Below are positions 56,348 to 64,000 of a stretch of DNA of 64,000 bases, in pieces. The stretch is from positions 116,013 to 180,012 of the forward strand of contig CBDBKM010000003.1 in assembly GCA_965206695.1 (NCBI GenBank). Direction: 5' to 3'. The position numbers were made by a program, and so were the translations under genes. Positions within the stretch are counted from its first letter, which is position 1. Every line of letters starts with the position of its first letter. Below the pieces are notes generated by a model. That model searched no databases and was not told the DNA's origin. It worked only from the letters and a program-made list of their open reading frames with translations. This stretch comes from Chlamydiales bacterium (GTDB lineage Bacteria > Chlamydiota > Chlamydiia > Chlamydiales > JAAZZY01).

Positions 56348-57323
56348 TTATGACAGCTAAGCGCAAAAACCTTTTGCTTTAGCATGAGGATGAAAGCGTC
56401 TATTTGTTTTTTGAGTTTTGATAAATACATGGTCAGGCATAATATCAAGTTCTGTCACGTCCATAGATAGTTGATTGGCTTTCTCATTTAATAGCTCTCT
56501 TAGTGTCTTTTCTCAATATCTCTATCGAGAATTTCTTTTCTATCCTTAGTACACCAAAATAATAGGATAACTAAGATTAAAATAGTTGTCTTTGGAAGTT
56601 TGCCGCCTTTCCATGTGGACAATATATATACCAATAATATAATACAATGTATGATTATTAAAAAAGCTTATAAATGTGGTTGTTGTCGGGTAGTATATAA
56701 TCAAGCCTTAAACTTTAAGATTAAGAAATATCAAGAAGAAAAAGAAAGCATTTCCTACTCTGCGACATCAGCATTCTTGACAGGTCTTAAACAAAATAAA
56801 GATTTTTTTAAAAAGAGAGCTCATTTTCCTACATTCAAAACTAAAAATAGTATTCAATCCATTTCGTTTACCAAATCCGGATTTAGATGGGATGGAGATG
56901 CCTTTAATATGGCAAAGTCTAAAGAATCATTAAAAATACGTTGGTCGAGGAGATTGATTGGAATTCCTTCAGGAGTAAGGATTACTAAAGATACATACGA
57001 ATATTTCATCGGCATTCTACCGGAAGAACAACCTATTCAATTTCAGCAACGTAATCATTTTATTGAAATAAATGTAGGCTTAGAAAGTTGTTTAACAACA
57101 TCCAACGGTAAAAAGTTAATTTCCTCTAAGCCATTTAAGCATTTTAAAAAGAAATTAAAGAACAATCAAAAACGTTTAAGTAAATTTGAATCTACCGGCA
57201 AAAACAGAAACAAAAGACGAATCAAAGTCACCAAGATTCATTCTAAAAATATAAGACATGACTTTTATCATAAACTTTTTACACAATTGATTCGTGAAAA
57301 CCAAGCAATCATAATTGAAGGTT

Positions 57324-59489
57324 TATAGTCATTTAATTTTATATTGATAAGATTGCTTGATCAATGGCGAATTTAAAATTCGTAACTTTTCGTAATATCT
57401 CTCTAACTTTATTTTTCATATTAGCCCAATATTTTTCTATAGAATTTAAGTCCGGAGAATATGGAGGAAGAAACATAAGCTTACAACCGGCAGATTCTAC
57501 TGTTTTCCTGCTTTCCGCTGATTTGTGAAAACCGGCATTGTCAAGAATAAGAACACTACCGGGTGTAAGCTGAGGAGTCAAAACTTCCTTAAGCCAAATA
57601 TTGAATAACCCGGTATTACAAGTACCTTCAAAACACATTGGAGATAAAAACTGCCCTTTAGATAGGGCTGAAATAATATTTTGCCTTATAAAGCGGTTTC
57701 CTGAAACCGCTCCAAAAACTTTTTTGCCGCGTAAGCTTCTTCCGGACTCACGAAATAAAAATTGATGAATCCCGGTTTCATCGAGATAAATTCTCTTGTC
57801 AAAGGGAATATTTTTTAAATTTTTCATAAAAGCTTCCCGTTTCTTTTCATCTCTTTCCTTATAGCGAGTAGTTTTTTTTTTCGTGTAATTTTTAATCTTT
57901 TAAGGGCATAAAAAATCGTTTGCGGAGTGACTGAAAAATAATCAGCAATTTCCGATAAAAAATAATCCGGATGTTTTTCTACATATTTAGATAACAACTC
58001 ATCATCTATACCCATTATGACTCAAAGTGCCGATTTTAGAGGCTGAAAATTATCATTGATTTTTTGAGCCGTTGCATGGGCAATAAGCGGCCAAGTATTT
58101 TTAAAAAATCCCGTAATCGATCGCCTGAATTCTTGAGTATACCCCTTATGAATCAAAGTGCCGATTCTAAGACTTGAAAATGATCATTGATTCGTGTCCT
58201 CATTGATTGAGCAATAGAGGGCCAAGTATTTTCAAAAAATCCGGTAATCGATCTCCGAAATTCTTTAGCAGAATTAAAAAACCGATTATTGCGACAATAT
58301 TCATTCATCACTTTCCATAATCGTTCAATAGGATTGAGGTTAGGACTGTAAGAAGGTAAATAATAGAGAATAATACCTTGTTTTTCTGCTTCTTGTTTGG
58401 TCTGAATACTTGTATTATAAGGACCTTGATCTAAAATAAGATGGATATTTGGAGCTGAGGGATATTTTGACCGTAATAAAGCAAAATGTTTTGCCATGGT
58501 ACCGCTATTTAATGTTTCATAAGCATCTATTGTTACCTTCATACTGTTTAAATTGATAGACCCCATAAGATTCATTCGAGTTCTAGAAGCTGTTGTTGCG
58601 ATTAATTTACTTGTTCCCGGTCGAATCCAACCATAAGAAATTTTAGTTGCCATAGTTGGATGCACACCATCAGCAAATTCAACAGGCTCATTTTTAGGCA
58701 GAGATGCCATAAGCTTGGTGTAAAATTGCATCCAAGCTTTTTGTTGATCAGAATTTGCCTTAGCCGGTGTACCTTTAGGCTTTTTATAGGAAAAACCATG
58801 TGAGTGTAGCCAAGAAGTCATCCCTGAAATCGTATAAACAATGCCATATTTCGCGAGAACATAAGAACAGATATCTTCTACTTTGACATAGGTATGAGTT
58901 GTTAAATGTTTAATGAATTCTTCTGACTGTGGCGCAAGAAGTTTACTGACTGAACCACCGCTTTCTACATGCAATTGCTGTTTATTTTGATATTCTTTAA
59001 TGTGACGAGACACTGTTTCATCGTCTAAAAGCACAGCTTCAGCAATACGAGTATTACTCCAACCTTTATTCGACAATAGAACAGCCTTGATACGATCTCG
59101 TATACGACCATTCTTTTCTCGTTTATGTTGCTGTCTGAGATGCTTTTCTTCTGATAGTGTTAAAAATGAATTCATACAAAATAATTTACACTATACGAAT
59201 ACAAAATATCCGGAGTTTTATTCGTGATGAGTATAATTTCTTATAAGCATATTTTCTGCGGATTGGCTTTAAATGTCCTTTTTGCTTTTTTTGCAAGATC
59301 CATCGATATATTGTTGCGATACCTACTTGAAAAATATGGCCGGCTGTTTTTTTATCATGATGTTTTTCTATATGTTGTAATACTTTCTCTCGAAGATCTA
59401 CTGAATAGGCTCTAGGCATTGTTTTGTCCTTACTGTTTGTATAAAAAAAGAAGGATAACATATTATCAAATAAAAATTAAAATACTATA
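57324..59489 (-). mobile_element. two-ORF IS630 element interrupted by a single-ORF IS630 composite
   Basis: The halves rejoin at ATCATCTA|ATTTCTT, as in the intact copy near 34960. Confidence 0.9.
58007..59235 (-). mobile_element. single-ORF IS630 (58138-59235, transposase 58153-59175) plus a 131-bp end of a diverged relative
   Basis: Two tandem right ends: TATACCCATTATGACTCAAAG at 58007 and TATACCCCTTATGAATCAAAG at 58138. Confidence 0.88.
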
Positions 59490-59910
59490 AATATCAAAAG
59501 TATGTTAAAAAATAAAAGATATGCGAAAGGTATATCAGATGCAGGATAGTGTCAATTGTTACCATTTTTAAAGTATACATATGATTGGTACGGAAGAAAC
59601 ATAGTTGAACTACTTCAGAATTTTCCCGGTACACAACTATGTTCCATATGCCGGCACAATGTAGGAAAATTAGATGGCGATATAAGATCTTGGGAATGTC
59701 CTAAATGCAATACTGTGCATGACAGAGATTTTTAATGCAGCCTATAATATATATACCGAAGGGCAGTCGGTAATTTAAGCCTTTGGAGATCGTGTTAGAC
59801 TAATATTTGCCGGCAATGGTCGTTGGATGAGGGATCCCTTCTTTTTAGGGTTGGGAGCTGTCAAAAGAATTTTAGATTTACAGAAATTATAAACAGTTTA
59901 TGGAAATTAG

Positions 59911-60942
59911 GTGGAATACATGTCTTTACCGAGGATGTTATTAATTGTTACGGTTGTCCTTTTTACTATTGTTGGAGTAGTTGGTTTGGTTAAAAAAAAT
60001 CGAGCTAAAAATAATATTGAAATGCTGCTAAACCGGTTTTCAACAGAAGAAATTGACTTTTCAGAAGAACAACTTACTATTGCGGCAACTCCAATAATAA
60101 TAAAAGGAAGTGCACTCGAAAAGGTAGGGTTTCAGAATTCATATACACCTTCATATGTAGATGAAAATTTACCAATAGCTAATCGTATTCAAGCTTTATT
60201 TGATCCTGCAGCAGATACATTACCTATAGTTGAAACGGTAACTTATAGTAGCAGGGTTTCGTGGCTAAAAGGGCGCCCGGCCTGGTTAGCAGATTATGCG
60301 GCTCATTTCCATACGTCCAGACATTTTATTGCTCGAAGTTTGAATGGAAACCAAGATTATTTTACTCAGAATCTTGTTAATGGTGATCGTTTTAATGTTC
60401 TTCGTGCCGATAAAAATATTAATTTCTATCTCTTAATTGATAGTTCTCGTTGTAAAATGTGGTTTTACTACATTGACCTGGATACTGATAGCAGAGTTTT
60501 ATTAAAAACCTATAACATTGGATTAGGTCGTGTTGACGGTTATAAAGCATCAGGTATGCTCACTCCGATGGGAAAATATAGTTTAGGGGAGAAAATCGCG
60601 GTTTATAAGCCCGGTACGTACGGGTATTTTAATAATCAAAAAACAGAGATGATTCGTATTTTCGGTACCCGTTGGATTCCATTTAAAAAAGAATTAGAAG
60701 GTTGTACGGCTCCTGCTAAAGGTTTAGGGATCCATGGAGCTCCATGGAGGATTGATCCTGATACAGGAGTATGGATGGAAGATCTTACCGGTCTTAGTAA
60801 ATATGAAAGTGATGGATGTATTCGACTTTGTCAAAATGACATAGAGGAATTATTCTCTATTATCATCACTAAATATACAATAATAGAACTAGTAAAAGAT
60901 TTTTTTGATGCGGATTTGCCCGGAATTGAAAAGGAAATTTAG
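59911..60942 (+). CDS. L,D-transpeptidase (YkuD domain) protein
   Basis: TM anchor; TPMGKY, FGTRWI and GIHG..SDGCIRL catalytic motif. Confidence 0.85.
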   Translation: MEYMSLPRMLLIVTVVLFTIVGVVGLVKKNRAKNNIEMLLNRFSTEEIDFSEEQLTIAATPIIIKGSALEKVGFQNSYTPSYVDENLPIANRIQALFDPAADTLPIVETVTYSSRVSWLKGRPAWLADYAAHFHTSRHFIARSLNGNQDYFTQNLVNGDRFNVLRADKNINFYLLIDSSRCKMWFYYIDLDTDSRVLLKTYNIGLGRVDGYKASGMLTPMGKYSLGEKIAVYKPGTYGYFNNQKTEMIRIFGTRWIPFKKELEGCTAPAKGLGIHGAPWRIDPDTGVWMEDLTGLSKYESDGCIRLCQNDIEELFSIIITKYTIIELVKDFFDADLPGIEKEI

Positions 60943-61123
60943 TTGTTTTTCCTTTTTTTTGTTTTTTTAATTTTGAGACAAACAAATAAAATAAATTCTA
61001 CTTTATTTTTTGAATAATATGCTTGTATCTCAAACCTTGGCATGCGATAATTTGCTACTCTTTTGAAGAAAATTTAACAATTTGAATTAAAAGTATAAAA
61101 GTCTTTATTAAAGATATTATTTT

Positions 61124-62092
61124 ATGGATATTTTACCTCACGAAAGACAGATTGAAAACTGTAAGAAGATGATCGACCACCTTAAAGAGAAGAGCGGTGG
61201 CAAGTATACCTTTTGGACGAAAGAAGAGTTACTTGCAATGGAGACGAAGCTAGAGAATCTTAAAAAACAAGTCTATTCAAATTTAACCTCTTGGGAACGA
61301 GTTACTATTTGTCGGCATCCTTCAAGGCCTCACACCATTGATTATATTAAATCCATTTGTGACATTTTTACGGAACTACACGGTGATAGGACTTTTGGTG
61401 ATGACCATGCTGTAATAGGTGGTTTAGCTAAAATTAAAGGTGAAAAGTTTATTGTAATAGGCCAAGAAAAGGGTAATGATACTGAAAGCCGCATTCACCG
61501 AAATTTTGGTATGTTGCATCCTGAAGGCTTTAGGAAAGCTATTCGTTTGATGAAATTGGCTGAAAAATTTTCTTTACCTGTTGTTTCCTTTATCGATACT
61601 CCCGGTGCTTTTCCCGGTTTAAGTGCTGAAGAACGTGGACAAGGATGGATAATTGCTAAAAATTTGCAAAAGATGGCGAGAATGGCTACTCCTATCATCG
61701 TTGTATTAATTGGTGAGGGTTGTTCCGGGGGCGCGTTAGGTATGGCGGTAGGAGATGTAATAGGTATGTTAGAACACGCCTATTATTCGGTAATCTCTCC
61801 TGAAGGCTGCGCCTCCATTCTATGGAAAGATGCACAAAAAAATGCACAGGCAGCAAGTGCTTTAAAGTTTAATTGTGAAGATCTTTTAGATTTAGGGGTT
61901 ATTGATGAAATTATTAAAGAACCTTTAGGTGGTGCTCATCATAATCCTGCTCTAATATATGAAAACGTTAAGAAATTTATCTTAAATCAATGGAATACTT
62001 TAAAGACATGTTCTCCAAATTTATTATTGGAGCTGCGATATAGTAAGTTTCGTCAGATGGGAAAATTTATTAAAAATACCGGAAATGATTGA
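61124..62092 (+). CDS. accA: acetyl-CoA carboxylase carboxyltransferase alpha subunit
   Basis: [25 protein letters not shown] and [11 protein letters not shown] motifs. Confidence 0.97.
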   Translation: MDILPHERQIENCKKMIDHLKEKSGGKYTFWTKEELLAMETKLENLKKQVYSNLTSWERVTICRHPSRPHTIDYIKSICDIFTELHGDRTFGDDHAVIGGLAKIKGEKFIVIGQEKGNDTESRIHRNFGMLHPEGFRKAIRLMKLAEKFSLPVVSFIDTPGAFPGLSAEERGQGWIIAKNLQKMARMATPIIVVLIGEGCSGGALGMAVGDVIGMLEHAYYSVISPEGCASILWKDAQKNAQAASALKFNCEDLLDLGVIDEIIKEPLGGAHHNPALIYENVKKFILNQWNTLKTCSPNLLLELRYSKFRQMGKFIKNTGND

Positions 62093-62137
62093 TCGAGGCC
62101 CTTCTTTATAACAAAAGAACTAAGAGTGATGTGAATT

Positions 62138-64000
62138 ATGAGATTGTTGTTCAAAATAGCCATGGAAAATCGCAAACATTATATGTTGTTGATTGTCACT
62201 TTTATTGCCTCAGCTTTCATGACGTTTTCTTCTCAATTAGAAATGGTAACGCTTGGTTTTTTAGTCAATACGGGAACCGGTAAAGGAACTGACTTTTTTA
62301 CATTATTTGCACCTGAAAAAGAGGGTAAATTAGATCCCGGAAACTCTGTCTCGCTTCAAACTGTTGAAGAAAGATGGGACAAGGTTGATAAAAAAAATAC
62401 GGGAGAAATTACTAAAGGAGCCGCTGCGGCTTATATAGCTTCCAACCAAAGATTTAGTTTTTACGGAAAAGTATTAGATAAAATGGAGCATTATTTTAGC
62501 CTCTCTAATAATGCTTTAAGGTTGCTCATTGTTTTTATGATTGTGGCTCTCTTCAAAGTGACAGCCGCTTTTTGCGGCCGTTATACGATGGCTTTAGTAG
62601 GTATTTTGGTTAGTAGGGATCTTAGGCTAAAATATTTTCAGCATATACAATCATTACCTATGAGTTTTTATCAAAAATACAATATAGGAAGTCTATCGGC
62701 TCGAGTAGGTGGAGATGCCGGTACAGTGGCCGGGGCAATTAGTTCCTTTATCATGAACTATTTTCAATCACCTTTCACGATTATAACAAGTCTGATCTTA
62801 CTTTTTTATCTGTCTTGGAAACTCTCCCTATTGATTTTCATTGGACTTCCGATGCTTGTTTTACCCATCGTGTATTTAGCTAAGCGTATGAAAAGAATTT
62901 CAAAACAAATGCAACAAAATAGCGAACAGTTTGCATCTGTTTTAATTGATTTTATAGCCGGCATTCAAACTGTAAAGCTGTTTGTTATGGAAAGCTTTTC
63001 CATGAAAAAATATAAAGAACAAAATGATAGGGCGGCTAGACTAGAAGAAAAAAGTTCCTCGTTATGGGCATTCTTCAAGACCTATTCTTCACATGATTGG
63101 AACTTTATTTTTAGGTTTTAGTCATTCTATACGGCTTGTTTGTAGCAGATATGCCTTTAAGTGAATTAGTCATATATGTTGGTTTTTTGCATTTATTTTA
63201 TGAACCTATCAAGAAGTTTAGTGAAGAAAATATCAACATTCAAAGAGGGATCGCTGCCGCTGAAAGAATGTTTGAAGTCCTATCTATAAAACCTGATATT
63301 GAAGATGAAGAGGGGGCTATACAATTTCCATCATTTAAGGATACAATTGCTTTTAAAGATATTTGGTTTCGATATGAAAGTGATTGGATTCTAAGAGGGA
63401 ATTAGTTTTGAAGTCAAAAAAGGTTCTACTGTTGCATTAGTTGGTCCTACCGGAGGAGGTAAGTCTACGATAGCTCAATTATTGCCTCGACTGTATGAGG
63501 TAGAGAAGGGGGAAATTTCTATCGATGGCATGCCGATTAAAAAATTTAAGCAAAGATCATTAAGAGAGCATATCGCTTTTGTTCCCCAAAAACCATTTCT
63601 TTTTTTAGATACTGTTGCAGAAAATATCGCTTTCGGACGTCCCTTTCCAAAAGAAAAAATAATTAATGCTGCTAAAAGAGCTCAAGCTGATGAGTTTATA
63701 CAACGTTTAACAAATAAGTATGATTGTATTTTAGCTGAAACAGGTAAAAATCTTTCGGTGGTCAACAACAAAGATTAGCTATTGCTAGAGCGTTATTAAA
63801 AGATGCTCCAATTTTAGTGATGGATGAAGCGACTTCTTCTTTAGATACAATTAGTGAAAATAAGATTAAAATTGCAATTGATTCATTGAGAGGAAAAGTT
63901 ACCCAAATAATCATTGCTCATAGGTTATCGACAATCGAAGATGCTGATTGTATTATATATATTGAGCATGGAAGAAAGATTGCTGAAGGCACTAAAGATG
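62138..64000 (+). CDS. msbA: MsbA-like ABC exporter with three apparent frameshifts; runs off the window
   Basis: TMD, Walker [18 protein letters not shown] signature and MDEATS, spread across frames. Confidence 0.85.

Larger units (their letters stand above)
56352..59864 (+). mobile_element. tnpB: IS605-type element with both ends and a decayed tnpB, split by nested IS630 elements
   Basis: TTAT|left end at 56352, tnpB from 56651, EGL|NIKSML junction across the IS630, right end TCAA at 59861-59864. Confidence 0.88.

Overview
AT-rich chromosomal window from a member of the Chlamydiota, probably an environmental chlamydia. This is inferred from the dcw order murF-mraY-murD-LysM-ftsW-murG-murC/ddl fusion-ftsQ with no ftsZ, and a CIRCE-controlled groESL. 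Housekeeping blocks are dcw, ribD-ribE-ribBA-ribH, nif3-rpiA-DUF151-HPr-pepF-groESL, gloB, tyrS-HU/IHF and L,D-transpeptidase-accA-msbA. They are interspersed with a heavy load of nested insertion sequences (IS630, IS1634, IS200/IS605-TnpB, IS5, IS30, IS701 remnants, MITEs). A ~14 kb integrase island at tRNA-Asn, bounded by 181-bp direct repeats, carries a toxin-antitoxin pair, an orphan hsdS, a NUMOD3-repeat SET-domain protein and a fragmented RING-H2 gene. Highlights: (1) CCGG is strongly over-represented, with recurrent CTGG/CCAG->CCGG changes in decaying genes, a Vsr-like signature. (2) Five TnpB omega-RNA right ends are present, including a 298-bp protein-less element with an expanded RNA domain that rewrote the FtsW C-terminus. 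(3) The island carries eukaryote-like nuclear effector genes. Single-base frameshifts in tyrS, pepF and msbA suggest assembly indel errors, so some pseudogene calls need caution.
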